The notes beneath the pieces are model-generated. The model had not been told where the DNA came from and did not search any database. It saw only the letters and a list, made by a program, of their open reading frames with translations. DNA of 64,000 nt from Eledone cirrhosa (lineage: Eukaryota). The stretch is taken from assembly GCA_964016885.1 (NCBI GenBank), contig OZ024741.1:302808001-302872000 (forward strand), in the 5' to 3' direction. Positions 1 through 13,126 of the stretch are shown here, piece by piece. Positions within the stretch are counted from its first letter, which is position 1. The number at the start of each line of letters is the position of its first letter. The translations under genes were made by a program, and so were the position numbers.

Positions 1-1962
1 AGTGACGACACGCATCAACAACAATACTGCACATGCCCAAGTCACACAGAGCTGTGCTCGGTAACACAGTGACGACACGCATCAACAACAATACTGCACA
101 TGCCCAAGTCACACAGAGCTGTGCTCGGTAACACAGTGACGACACGCATCAACAACAATACTGCACATGCCCAAGTCACACAGAGCTGTGCTCGGTAACA
201 CAGTGACGACACGCATCAACAACAATACTGCACATGCCCAAGTCACACACAGCTGTGCTCGGTAACACAGTGACGCCACGCATCAACAACAATACTGCAC
301 ATGCCCAAGTCACACAGAGCTGTGCTCGGTAACACAGTGACGACACGCATCAACAACAATACTGCACATGCCCAAGTCACACAGAGCTGTGCTCGGTAAC
401 ACAGTGACGACACGCATCAACAACAATACTGCACATGCCCAAGTCACACAGAGCTGTGCTCGGTAACACAGTGACGACACGCATCAACAACAATACTGCA
501 CATGCCCAAGTCACACAGAGCTGTGCTCGGTAACACAGTGACGGCACGCATCAACAACAATACTGCACATGCCCAAGTCACACAGAGCTGTGCTCGGTAA
601 CACAGTGACGCCACGCATCAACAACAATACTGCACATGCCCAAGTCACACAGAGCTGTGCTTGGTAACACAGTGACGACACGCATCAACAACAATACTGC
701 ACATGCCCAAGTCACACAGAGCTGTGCTCGGTAACACAGTGACGGCAAGCATCAACAACAATACTGCACATGCCCAAGTCACACAGAGCTGTGCTCGGTA
801 ACACAGTGACGGCACGCATCAACAACAATACTGCACATGCCCAAGTCACACAGAGCTGTGCTCGGTAACACAGTGACGACACGCATCAACAACAATACTG
901 CACATGCCCAAGTCACACAGAGCTGTGCTCGGTAACACAGTGACGGCAAGCATCAACAACAATACTGCACATGCCCAAGTCACACAGAGCTGTGCTCGGT
1001 AACACAGTGACGACACGCATCAACAACAATACTGCACATGCCCAAGTCACACAGAGCTGTGCTCGGTAACACAGTGACGCCACGCATCAACAACAATACT
1101 GCACATGCCCAAGTCACACAGAGCTGTGCTCGGTAACACAGTGACGACACGCACCAACAACAATACTGCACATGCCCAAGTCACACAGAGCTGTGCTCGG
1201 TAACACAGTGACGGCACGCATCAACAACAATACTGCACATGCCCAAGTCACACAGAGCTGTGCTCGGTAACACAGTGACGACACGCACCAACAACAATAC
1301 TGCACATGCCCAAGTCACACAGAGCTGTGCTCGGTAACACAGTGACGACACGCATCAACAACAATACTGCACATGCCCAAGTCACACAGAGCTGTGCTCG
1401 GTAACACAGTGACGACACGCACCAACAACAATACTGCACATGCCCAAGTCACACAGAGCTGTGCTCGGTAACACAGTGACGACACGCATCAACAACAATA
1501 CTGCACATGCCCAAGTCACACAGAGCTGTGCTCGGTAACACAGTGACGACACGCACCAACAACAATACTGCACATGCCCAAGTCACACAGAGCTGTGCTC
1601 GGTAACACAGTGACGGCACGCATCAACAACAATACTGCACATGCCCAAGTCACACAGAGCTGTGCTCGGTAACACAGTGACGGCACGCATCAACAACAAT
1701 ACTGCACATGCCCAAGTCACACAGAGCTGTGCTCGGTAACACAGTGACGACACGCACCAACAACAATACTGCACATGCCCAAGTCACACAGCTGTGCTCG
1801 GTAACACAGTGACGACACGCATCAACAACAATACTGCACATGCCCAAGTCACACAGCTGTGCTCGGTAACACAGTGACGACACGCACCAACAACAATACT
1901 GCACATGCCCAAGTCACACAGCTGTGCTCGGTAACACAGTGACGACACGCATCAACAACAAT
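1..1962. repeat. 67-bp tandem satellite, about 29 copies, truncated by window start
   Basis: Unit agtgacgacacgcatcaacaacaatactgcacatgcccaagtcacacagagctgtgctcggtaacac recurs at 1, 68, etc. Few SNP variants; last units are 65 bp (ag deleted). Confidence 0.98.
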
Positions 1963-1971
1963 AATTATAAT

Positions 1972-2340
1972 AAAGATTTCTGATTTAGGCACAAGGCCAA
2001 CAATTTTGGGGAAGGGGAAGTCGATTAAATCGACACCAGTACTTCACTGGTACTTTATTTTTTCGACCCCGTAAGGATGAAAGTCAAAGTTAATCTCGGT
2101 GAGATTTGAATTCAATAATAATAATAATAATAATTGTTTCTATTTTAGGCACAAGGTCAGCAATTTGGGCGAGGGGAAAGTCGATTCAATCGACCCCAAT
2201 GCATTACTGGCGCTTTATTTTATCGACCTCGTAAGGATGAAAGGCAAAGTTAACCTCAGCGGGATTTGAACTCAGAACGTAAAGGCATGTAACTCTGTGC
2301 AGCAAAGCATATTGTCCGACACTCTACCAATACTGTCAAT
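1972..2340 (-). mobile_element. Two tandem tRNA-derived SINE copies (main SINE family of the window)
   Basis: Reverse complement of B-box gagttcaaatccc, central gactttgcctttcatccttacggggtcgataaaataaagtaccagt and tail ggccttgtgcctaaa; same motifs recur throughout the window. Confidence 0.85.
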
Positions 2341-3079
2341 CAACAAAAGTGATGCCATTATGGTCGTCTTATTAACATTTTAAGACTTCTTAAAGCGACT
2401 GGGAATACCATACAGGTTGGGTGTCATACAAAAGGTAGCTTTCCTAGGTACTGTGCACATTTTGAGGAAAGTATTATCTCTCTGAGATCCTTGTTGCGAC
2501 TTGACAGATGACTAAATACCCCGGTGCATTCTCTATCTGCACTATGTGGAAGAGCGGTAATAATAATAATAATTTTGGTTTCTAATTTAGACATAAGGAC
2601 ACACATTTTGTGTAGGTCATTATATCGATACCAGTACTCTACTTAATTAGCATTTGATTAATTGGGTCCCAGAAAAGAAAACATGTGAAACCTTCCAGAT
2701 CAGGATTAGAATGAAGAACGTAAAAGGGTGTAATTAAAAACCGTAAAACAACGTATTACTGCAAGCTACCATTTCTATCACCAACCACCATTACCATCCC
2801 CGTCCTTACAGTTGCATAGAAAAATGTATTTATAGCTATTAACCGACATTCAGGTTTTAAGAAACTAAAACCCCCATCCTAAATATTGCTGACTGCTACA
2901 CTGCAGGTTTAGATACACCTCCTGGTTGGAAAATATGGCAGTAATACCCTGAATTTTATAACAGTCTTGGGTTACACTTCACTGGTGATCCTTTCATGTT
3001 CTGCAATCGTACCCTCACTATCGAAATACATGTATTTGCTGAAGCTAGCGTTAGCGGAAAAGTACATTTGTGAGCAGGC

Positions 3080-3400
3080 AGAACATTAGCAGGGTCATTA
3101 GAGCATAGGATAGACTTCTTTGCTCTATTCGTTCAGGTTTTCTCTGCTCTGAATTCAAATCCCGTCGAGTACAACTTCTTTTATCCTTTCGAGGTCGATA
3201 AAAAGAAGTACCAGTCCTGTATTGAGGTCGATTCTCTTTCTATATCTCTTTTTCATTTCTTCTCTATCACTTTCTTTCTCTCTTTCTCGAGAAGAAATCT
3301 GTTAGATTTGGATGCGGTGAAGAGTGGGCTCATGCAGGTTTAAAATAAAATACCAAAGAAACGCCGAATGACACCACCAGGAGTTACGGGTCCATACATG
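3080..3400 (+). mobile_element. Diverged SINE with alternative 3' part ending caggagttacgggtccat(acat)n
   Basis: B-box and central domain at about 3150-3220; same 3' end at about 24060 (+) and 19110 (-). Confidence 0.6.
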
Positions 3401-3647
3401 CATATATACATACACATGTACGTACATACATACCTACATACCTGTATACACACACACACATACACATACATACACATACGTATATTCATACATGCATGCA
3501 TTCGCGACAACCTAACTGGAATACAACACGATCTTTTTATCCCGCCTTCTCACTGAAATTTCCTATACCACCTCTCTTTCTCTCATTTTCTTTCATTCGT
3601 ATTCTCTCCCTCGCGAAACACACACACAAGCAGCAAGGCTATCCATG

Positions 3648-3717
<70 letters not shown>

Positions 3718-3962
3718 TAATTATCGTGTCTATACTCTGCCTTTCATAGGTTATAGATTCCATACACTGGTGGTTTTTCCCTGTTTTATTGATAGCGCAC
3801 TGTATCTCTCTCTAGTGTGTTACCTTTTCAACATATTGTACTTTAAAGAGCTCAGGATTTCCTCTCTTTTGAGCACATTATTTACAGGGAACGGCGAGAG
3901 TCTATGGCTCCGTTAATGTATCGTGATATATATATAGTGATGAGGAAGAAACGGGGAGATGA

Positions 3963-3996
<34 letters not shown>

Positions 3997-4060
3997 TCAT
4001 CTCCCCGTTTCTTCCTCTCATGACTCTTTACTTTCTATTTATCTTCTATTTCTAACTCTA

Positions 4061-4096
4061 TCTTATGATGAAGGACTAGTGTCTGAAACGTTAAAA
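4061..4096 (+). ncRNA. Degenerate type-I hammerhead motif, same family as 49413
   Basis: tctt aTGATGA aggactagtgtct GAAA cg tt aaaa; C3 mutated; downstream sequence matches 49450-49530. Confidence 0.5.
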
Positions 4097-4192
4097 CTCT
4101 CTTTCTGCTATTTCAAGCGTTAAACTAATATATTTCTTCTATGTACTGTGCCGTTGTTTTGTTAATTTTGTTATTACATTTACACACACACA

Positions 4193-4234
<42 letters not shown>

Positions 4235-4638
4235 CATATATATATGGGTTCGGGAGGCGAGGCTGTGTGGTTACTGAAAACGAAGTGTTAGAAGGTAAAG
4301 AGACACAAACAAGAGCTGAAAAGTTTCGCTTCGTCAGCTGTTTACTACGAATCATGGATGTTTCGGCGCATTATAAACAGAACATCGATCTGTAGCGCGC
4401 CCATGGCCTATATATATATGTATATATATATATATGTAACCGAGGTTGCAACTGCTCTATACCACGTGAATAATCGAATTCTAAGAGACAGTCATGAAAC
4501 ACTCAATGAGTGAGGAATTGATAAATTTCTACTCAGGGTGAACACAAAAAGTTTAAGGAGTGACACCAAGAATAAAACGCCCAGAAGCACATTGTCACAG
4601 TAATACAACATCTCTCTCTCTCTCTCTCTCCCTCTCTC

Positions 4639-4747
<109 letters not shown>

Positions 4748-5064
4748 CTTGCACCACCAACAAGATTCAACATAAACGAAGATGGGTGAGTTGCATTACG
4801 TCGAGTGCTTTTTTTTAATATTACATCACGGTTGACTATACGGAATGACCAGTTCTATCCAGTGGTGAACCAACACTCCTAAATGAATATATAATTTAAC
4901 TTTAATTATATCTCATAAAATAATACAACTGGTTTTTCCACATTATACATATTGTTAGCACCCCAAACACTTAAATTGGGTTTATATTTTAATATAACCT
5001 AATGTTGGTTAAGTGAGATGGTTACCAGTCAGAGTTTAGCTTTAAACTATCTCTGTTATTGTAT

Positions 5065-5132
<68 letters not shown>

Positions 5133-5195
5133 AATATAAAAAACAAGAAGTGTAAGTCAACAGGTTAAAATTAACTTCGTTTATTCATATTCGTT

Positions 5196-5250
5196 GCAAT
5201 ATATATTTCGGTGATAGCCATTATTCAACAGCTATGACCTCATCAGCCAG
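5196..5250 (-). ncRNA. Hammerhead-like motif with long stem II
   Basis: Minus strand CTGATGA ggtcatagc...gctatcacc GAAA tatata tt; stem I does not close well. Confidence 0.45.
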
Positions 5251-5378
5251 TTAGAACTTGAACAGAAAAAAACAGGAAAAAATAATGTCGGAATAGTTTT
5301 ACCTTGTTAATTCGTTGATATGTTCAGATCCAGACTGTAGTGTTAATCCTCCAACGAACTGAAAGCATATACTCAAAG

Positions 5379-5420
<42 letters not shown>

Positions 5421-5428
<8 letters not shown>

Positions 5429-5539
5429 AAAGGAAAAAAGAATCAGTATTGCATCATATACATTTTTGCAGCTCTAATTACTCTCTCTGGCTCTCTCTCT
5501 CTCCCTCTCTCTCTCGCTCTCTCTCTCCCTCCCTCCCCC

Positions 5540-5593
<54 letters not shown>

Positions 5594-5675
5594 AAAGGAA
5601 AAGAGAATCAGTATTGCATCATATACATTTTTTCACCTCTAATTACTCTCTCTGGCTCTCTCTCTCTCCCTCTCT

Positions 5676-5759
<84 letters not shown>

Positions 5760-5839
5760 AAAGGAAAAGATTATCAGTATTGCATCATATACATTTTTGC
5801 ACCTCTAATTACTCTCTCTCGCTCTCTCTCTCTCCCTTC

Positions 5840-5910
<71 letters not shown>
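5421..5910. repeat. Three tandem ~165-bp units: unique ~60 bp + (TC)n + (TA)n
   Basis: aatattaaaaaggaaa..aatcagtattgcatcatatacattttt recurs at about 5421, 5586 and 5752. Confidence 0.9.
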
Positions 5911-5913
<3 letters not shown>

Positions 5914-6089
5914 TATAAAAGTTTATCCCGGGTTCAGTCGGAGCGTAACCATAGTAAGTAAGGTACTCAATACAAAGATACAAAGCAGAGTGAAACACTG
6001 TAGAAGCCTTTTCTATATTAAATATATATATATATATATGTGTGTGTATGTGTGTGTATGTGTGTGTTTGTGTGTGTGTGTGTATGTGT

Positions 6090-6593
6090 GTTATGAAGTG
6101 CGTTAGCAGCCAAAGTGTATGATAAAGTTATATCTGTGTAAATACAGATTTTCGAATTTTCTGTCACTTTTACATGGCTACATATTAAAAATGTGCATCT
6201 TTATATACACATCATTGCTGTCTCGGTTACACACTCTATTTAAACAGATATAACTTTATCATACACTTCGGCTGCTAGCATACTTCTTAATGTATACCTT
6301 AATTATCATATATCGTAATTACCAACACGAGCGCTAATTATATGCCAATTAGTATGTCCATTTCAGAATATTAATAAGAGCGAACGGATATATATACCTA
6401 TCAAATGTTTCCTTGTGGTCGATTGGATGATATACAGGCCTTCTGATGAGGGTCCAATTAGAACCGAAAATCGATTAAAGATGTTTATCATTATTTACAG
6501 GGAAATTCATGTTTTCTGCCATGTCTACGTGTCTACATATTAAGTATGTGTATATTTACATACATATCATTGTAGTCTCGGTTATACACTCTG

Positions 6594-6598
<5 letters not shown>
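6090..6598 (+). mobile_element. PLE-type non-coding module with inverted and partial direct repeats plus an HHR
   Basis: 6090-6145 is inverted against 6235-6290; 6175-6240 is repeated at 6530-6598; HHR at 6440; ends in (TA)n. Confidence 0.65.
6440..6480 (+). ncRNA. Type-I hammerhead ribozyme, palindromic stem III
   Basis: ctt CTGATGA gggtccaattagaacc GAAA atcgat TA aag; stem III AATCGATT is self-complementary. Confidence 0.7.
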
Positions 6599-6654
<56 letters not shown>

Positions 6655-6659
<5 letters not shown>

Positions 6660-6846
6660 AACCAGTAAGACCCCGACAGCTGAGCTCAAGCCGTTTCGAC
6701 GGCTAATTCTGGACTGAATTAGCCGTCGAAACGGCTTGAGCTCAGCTGTCGGGGTCTTACTGGTTCCTATTACCCACTCTACTACCTCAAGTATTGAGTA
6801 CTTTGGTGCGTTATGGTCCACCTGGTTCCTTACCACATTTCCTTCG

Positions 6847-6850
<4 letters not shown>
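6655..6850. mobile_element. (TA)n-embedded fold-back element (family B) with perfect 55-bp hairpin
   Basis: Arms 6655-6709 and 6716-6770 are exact reverse complements around loop tggact; second copy at 47740-47884. Confidence 0.85.
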
Positions 6851-6934
<84 letters not shown>

Positions 6935-6935
<1 letters not shown>

Positions 6936-7186
6936 AGTAGTAACACGACAGTTAGTTCACCATACCGGATCTTCAGCTCCGACTGGAAATGGTTATACGA
7001 ACAGGAAGAACAAGCGTATGAACGTGCATGCGCAGAATCGGTCACTTCACCCAAGCGATACTTCCAGTCCGAGCTGAAGATCCGCATAAGGTGAAACATT
7101 TGTTCTCGGTATGGTGAACTAACTGTTGTGTTACCACTTCCACCTAACTCGTCCCATGGACTGAGTGCTCTACCACTACGGATATT

Positions 7187-7188
<2 letters not shown>
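6935..7188 (+). mobile_element. (TA)/(GA)-embedded fold-back element (family C) carrying an HHR
   Basis: agtaacacgacagttagttcaccataccg is inverted against cggtatggtgaactaactgttgtgttac; other copies at 17580-17776 and 48812-48945. Confidence 0.8.
7069..7109 (+). ncRNA. Type-I hammerhead ribozyme (family C)
   Basis: ccgag CTGAAGA tccgcataaggt GAAA catttg TT ctcgg; 5-bp stem I, short stems II and III. Confidence 0.75.
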
Positions 7189-7273
<85 letters not shown>

Positions 7274-7274
<1 letters not shown>

Positions 7275-7314
7275 CTCTGAGGAACACCAACAGTGTGAAA
7301 CAGAATCTGTCAGC
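7274..7314 (+). ncRNA. Canonical type-I hammerhead ribozyme with GUC site
   Basis: gct CTGAGGA acac-caaca-gtgt GAAA cag-aat-ctg TC agc; all three stems close; directly after (TA)n. Confidence 0.8.
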
Positions 7315-7491
7315 TTCTCTCCCTTCCTTTGCCGAAAAAAGAAGTAAGAGACATAGTCACTACTTTAAAATGATAGCGCAAGGTCTTCAAAATGTTTTTA
7401 ATTAAACATACGGTATATTACCAAATATACTATATATACATTCATATATATATATACGTTTGCACTGACAATACAATATATATATATATAT

Positions 7492-7939
7492 AGTAATAAT
7501 AATAAATTTGAAGACTAAAATCCAAAGAGGGCTCGATAAGGATAAATATATATCAAATATATAAGAACCGTAGAGCAAATATTTATTAAAATAACAGATT
7601 ATGACGTACTATCTTCGTTTTTTTCGTTCATTGCCAGAGAACGTCTCTATGAACCACCTAAGAGAACATTAGTCTACGACCTCTTTTATACCATAAACGT
7701 GGTTCTGTCTTTGAGTGTAATTGTTTTTCACCGCTCCTATTAATGACGTATTATATTCGTTTTTTCCCGTTCTTTGCCAGGGAACGTTTCCACAAACCAA
7801 AGTATCGTCTTCCTGTCTTCCTACGGTTGCAACGTTTTTTGAAATACCCACTTCTGCGTTTACAGATTGACTTTGTTAGTTTCAGAAGATCCCGTTAAGG
7901 GTGAAAGCAGCGATTCTTTGCTTAAACTTTAATCTGTTA

Positions 7940-7945
<6 letters not shown>
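7492..7945. mobile_element. (TA)n-embedded element (family D), inverted architecture
   Basis: gtaataataataaatttgaagactaaaatccaaagagggctcgataagg recurs at 9141 and inverted at 17870-17925; taaaataacagatt is inverted at about 7930. Confidence 0.75.
7878..7928 (+). ncRNA. Hammerhead-like motif with variant core CAGAAGA (family D)
   Basis: agttt CAGAAGA t-ccc-gttaa-ggg-t GAAA gca-gcgattctt-tgc TT aaact; all stems close. Confidence 0.7.
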
Positions 7946-8026
<81 letters not shown>

Positions 8027-8089
8027 GTTTGCACTGACAATACAACAGAACAAATACGAATAAGTAAGGAAAATATGTTCATTCAAAAA

Positions 8090-8410
8090 TATTCCTACTA
8101 AAGGAATTATTTTCCTACACACACACACACAATATATATATATTCTCTTCATCTTAACATGCTAACCATACTCCCACACACATAACATCCATACACACAT
8201 ATAACAACCCCCACACCCACACACACAACTCCCCTCCCCCATTTCTACTAATAGAATCACTCTCCTACACACATATATACACACACACAAAATATATATT
8301 CTCTCCATCTTAACATACTCCCACACACACACATAACACCCATATACACACACACACAACTCCCTTCCCCATTTCTACTAATAGAATCATCTTCGAATAC
8401 ACACATACAC
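8090..8410. repeat. About 130-bp CA-rich tandem repeat, 2-3 copies
   Basis: atttctactaatagaatca at 8241 and 8371; diverged copy near 8092. Confidence 0.7.
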
Positions 8411-9106
8411 ACACACAAGCACACAAATAAACATACATATCTTTACTTTCTTTATTCAATAGAAAATCTGAATTCTGACACCATAGCGAACTCACCATAT
8501 TCACTGAACCAGAACAATTCTCCCATCCAATTTCTCTTGACCATTATCTTTTACTTGTCATAAAATTCTCTAAAAAGGCTACAGAATAGATTTCCAAATA
8601 AGGGTGCAAAAATTTAATGAAAACTTGTTCACGTGACTGCCATAATTTCATTTATAACCAATCATATTACGTTTATTAAAAAAAAGCTTTCGCGAGCCCC
8701 CTTTTTTTTAAGTAAAAAGAAATTCAAACACTCATATAAGAAAAAAACAACCTGTGACCCCCCCCCCCCCCCCTTGTTTGAAGAACTTTGTAACGCGAAC
8801 TGGCGCGAAATTTATTATAATTATTGACCAACCAATCAAATTACTTCTCGAAAAACCTGGCATTTCGAGCCACTTTTTCCATATAAAACAAGTAAGATTC
8901 AGAGACCAACCAGATGGGAGAAAAACCACAGACCCTCCATCTCAACTCTACTTTTGAACTGCGAAACCGTTAAAGGAACCAAATAAATATATATATTTAA
9001 AAAAAAATAAGACTCCAGTTGCATTTTCGATTTCATCTTTTTTTCTTTATACTTTCACTCGTGTAGGACACCTCGGTTATTTTTCATTTTGTAAAAAAAA
9101 CCTTAC

Positions 9107-9137
<31 letters not shown>

Positions 9138-9250
9138 CTTGTAATAATAATAAATTTGAAGACTAAAATCCAAAGAGGGCTCGATAAGGATAAATATATA
9201 TCAAATATATATGAACCGTAGAGCAAATATTTATTAAAATAACAGATTAA

Positions 9251-9301
9251 AGTTTAAGCAAATAATCGCTGCTTTCACCCTTAACGGGATCTTCTGAAAC
9301 T
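9251..9301 (-). ncRNA. Family D hammerhead-like motif (CAGAAGA core)
   Basis: Reverse complement of the 7878 motif with one loop change. Confidence 0.7.
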
Positions 9302-9411
9302 ATCCCGAATTTGTGTACTCGTTTATCGATTACAGTTGTGAGTTTAAAAATATGCAAATCTGTCTGTTCTCCCCCCCCCCATCACTCTCTCACTCTCTAT
9401 ATGTTTGTGTG

Positions 9412-9491
<80 letters not shown>

Positions 9492-10099
9492 TAATTATTT
9501 GTGTACGTATTTTCATGCGAGCATGTATGTGTGTATGCCTATATGTATGTATTATGTATATTCATATTTCATATTTATTTAACTGAGCCTATGGTTTAAA
9601 ATATGTCTATTGGGATAGTGTATTATAAATGTTTTGTACTTTTCCTACATATCAGCATATCAAGAATTCAAGTGAAGAATTCATAATTTCACATGTTATT
9701 TCTTCGTTTCACTTACTTCCTAGTACATATATGTTTAGGTACGTAGTATTTTATTTCATCGACTCAGGCAAAAAGAAAATCAAGGCTAACCACAAAGTAA
9801 TTTTAACTTAGAATATAAAAGATCGTAACTAAATATTGAAAAGTTGTACCGATTCTGCTTCCATTCACTGCTTTCTGCAGTCGATGAAATAAATCCAAAT
9901 CCCAGCTTCGTCAGCACAAATACCAGTTATATACTGAGGTCAATTCAATGCTCGAATATAATGTTCATTGTTTTGTGTTTTTTTAAAAACTTTCTATATC
10001 CATATATAAAAACTCATTTTCTCCTTGTGTAGAGGTGCCTGTTCGAAAAATATATTGCCGTCACCATTTCATGCCGCAAAAACTGGTGATGGGCCTGCA

Positions 10100-10258
10100 A
10101 ACCTGTCCTGGGGGGCATGAGATGGATGTACAAAGGTTGCATATCCCGAGATACCATAGAGGGGGGATCCAGCCGAATCAGTTGGAGACGGTTGCTTCTG
10201 ACAGGACCCGCTGGAAGGAGTGTTTCTCTCAAGAATAAGAGGCCGAAGAAGAGAAGAT
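10100..10258 (+). mobile_element. RTE-clade LINE 3' end fragment
   Basis: Translates ..QLETVASDRTRWKEC..; (gaa) tail; same end at 28920-29045 and 52830-52935. Confidence 0.7.
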
Positions 10259-10739
10259 TTTCTTTGTAATGATCCATTTCTATCTTCAGTATAAAACACA
10301 GTCATCAGCTACATCGTAGATTTATGTACTAAGGATCGATATAATTGACTAATTTGTACCTCAAAAGTGTAATTTTCTGCTAAAAAAAAAAAAAAAATTC
10401 ATTGGTTCATCGTCATGGAAATTTGAATGTGGAACATAGTGGACAGAGACGATTGAATTAATGAAATTAGCGTGTTGCTCTAATATAACAGTCGGCGACA
10501 GCATCGAGGGTACTAATGAAACTTGTAAAAACAATTTAACACAGCCTCTGATGTTGCATGATACGCCTAAAACTGAAAGCGAAAAATTAGTCAAAATATG
10601 AACTTCATGGTGAGCTCCATCGATTTCTGGAGTGTTTAGGGTCTGGGCAATGATTGGTCAGTGGGAAAAATTCAAAAGTACCCTTCGATGATGTCGTGGA
10701 CTGTTAATATTAATAATTCTTTCAATCTAACATTCATAT

Positions 10740-10980
10740 AAAACCAGCAATTTGGGTGAAAGGGGAAGTCGATTATGTCGACCCCATTACTCAATATTTT
10801 ATTGATCCCTGAAGAATGAAATGTAAACTTGATCTCGGTGAGATTTGAACACAGAATGTAAGAGACATTTTGAACTCAGAATGTAAGAGACATTTTGAAC
10901 TCAGAATGTAAGAGATTTGAACTCAGAATGTAAGAGACATTTTGTCCGACGTTTTAAAAATTCTGCCAATCCACTGCCCT
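10740..10980 (-). mobile_element. SINE with internal 25-bp tandem expansion of the B-box region
   Basis: tgaactcagaatgtaagagacattt at 10846, 10871, 10896 and 10918. Confidence 0.8.
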
Positions 10981-11304
10981 ACCATAAACGGGTTTTAACA
11001 TAGGCCAAGGTCACAAATTCAGGGAAAGGGAGAGTCTGTTTTCAATCTAAACTATCATAGTTTTCAAGTGGAATTTATTTTTTACCAACGTTGCTGCTAT
11101 TGTGGGACCTCCGTCGGTTCCGACGACGAGTACTCCAGTTGATTTGATCACCGGAACATGCTGTTCGTGAAATTAACGTACCCCAAAGATATTCAGTGTG
11201 ACGCAGAGCGTGACAAAGCTGACCCTTTGAATAGTGCAATATATAGTGCTGTGTTTTTCTACTCCCATTCTTTCTCTATATCTCGCGCATAGACAAATAT
11301 AAAA

Positions 11305-11585
11305 ATTGTTTCTACTTTTGGCACAAGGCCAGCAGTTACCAGTGCATTACTGGTACTTTATTTTATCGACCCCGTAAGGATGAAAGACAAAGTTTAACCT
11401 CGGTGGGATTTGAACTGAGAATGGAAAGGGCCGTAACTCTATGCGTCAAAGCATGGTGTCCGACCCTCTACCGATATTGCCAATCCTCCGCCCCTTTAGA
11501 TAAATATAATAATTGTATCTACTTTTGGCACAAGGCCAGCAATTATCCCAGTGCATTACTGGTACTTTATTTTATCGACCCCGAA
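11305..11585 (-). mobile_element. SINE plus a partial second copy
   Basis: Consensus motifs present; flanking near-duplication tagacaaatataaaaattg / tagataaatataataattg. Confidence 0.8.
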
Positions 11586-12145
11586 GTCATTTTATAACAT
11601 TTTGGTTATATATGTTATTTTTTCAGATATCATGAAATTGTCGTGATGTTTAAATGCTTTTCCTTGAAATTGCCTGTTTCTAAATTGTTGTATGTGATTA
11701 TGAAGTCTCTGGAGATGCAGGATTGAGCGTAATTAAGGGTTTAAGATCATTATTCAGATTCTGATATATAGATTCTAATATATAGAAACATCTCTATATA
11801 CAAATATTGGAGCTTGAGTGAGATTTCATCATTTTCTCTTTTTTTTTTCTTTATTCTTTTGAAACTTGTGTAAGACAAATAAAATGTCTTAATTTGTTAA
11901 ATCTCACTTGTCTATTATATACATATAAATATACATACACACACACACACACACACACACATGCACACACGCACACGCACACACACGCACACGGACACAT
12001 ACGCACACACACACACGCACACGCACACATACGCACACACACACGCGCGCACACACATACACCCACACACACGCACACACACACATACGCACGCACACAC
12101 GCACGCACACACATACACACGCACACGCACACGCACACACACACA

Positions 12146-12219
<74 letters not shown>

Positions 12220-12966
12220 ATACCACCTGTGAATGCAATTCAATTGCATCTCTACTATATATATATATTCAAAAACACGTGGGAAAAATATAGGAAACAG
12301 AAAACACAAACACAAGGACAATTCCCGTTCATCAGCTCTCTTCTGGGGATCATTATAGTTTCGGATGCTTTATATATATATATAATGACTACTTGAATAT
12401 AAAGATGACATTGCGAATGAATGGTATCAAATGTTTTAAACAACCACTCACTGAGATAACGGCGATAAACGTTCAGTTGCTTTACTTCTCTTTCTCTTTC
12501 TCTTCCACCTTCTCCCTCATTCTTTTTCTAGCGCACTTTACTATCTCTTTCTCTGACACCCCACCCCTTTCTCTCTCTTCGTCTCCTATCTATATTCGAT
12601 TCAGTTGACTGAATAGCTTAGCTCAGCTCTTGTGAGCTTACATCATTGACACTGTTGTTGACAATGACACATACATAGGGTTCACAAGCAAAGTGAAGAA
12701 GCGGCTTGTGTGAGGTCTGTTAGTCTTACTGTTAAACGTATTTGCCCAGTATCTTATGGCTATAACTTCGATCCCCACCTACCTCGCTCGCTAATTTGTT
12801 GCTCTTTCGTTTCGTTTTTATCTTGACTTTGTTTTTGTATAAACAGTTTGTTTCTGCTTTGTTGTTCTTGTACGTACGTATTACGTTATTTCTACAATTC
12901 TTGTTTTCATTTCAATGCGCCCTGTGTGCTTTGATATTTCTTTTAGTTTTTTCAATTTTCGACGCG

Positions 12967-13126
<160 letters not shown>

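Noticed and set aside
65-95. RSS-like heptamer CACAGTG followed by acaacaata in each satellite unit
   Set aside because: Needs a 13-nt spacer and matches only 6/9 of the nonamer; no RAG/Transib sequence nearby, so likely chance.
1-1962. CRISPR-like array or repeated 63-aa ORFs in the 67-bp satellite
   Set aside because: No unique spacers and no cas genes; the period is not a multiple of 3, so the ORFs are by-products of the repeat.
4314-4345. Minus-strand CTGACGA agc GAAA as a hammerhead
   Set aside because: Stems I and III do not close in register; it folds better as a simple hairpin.
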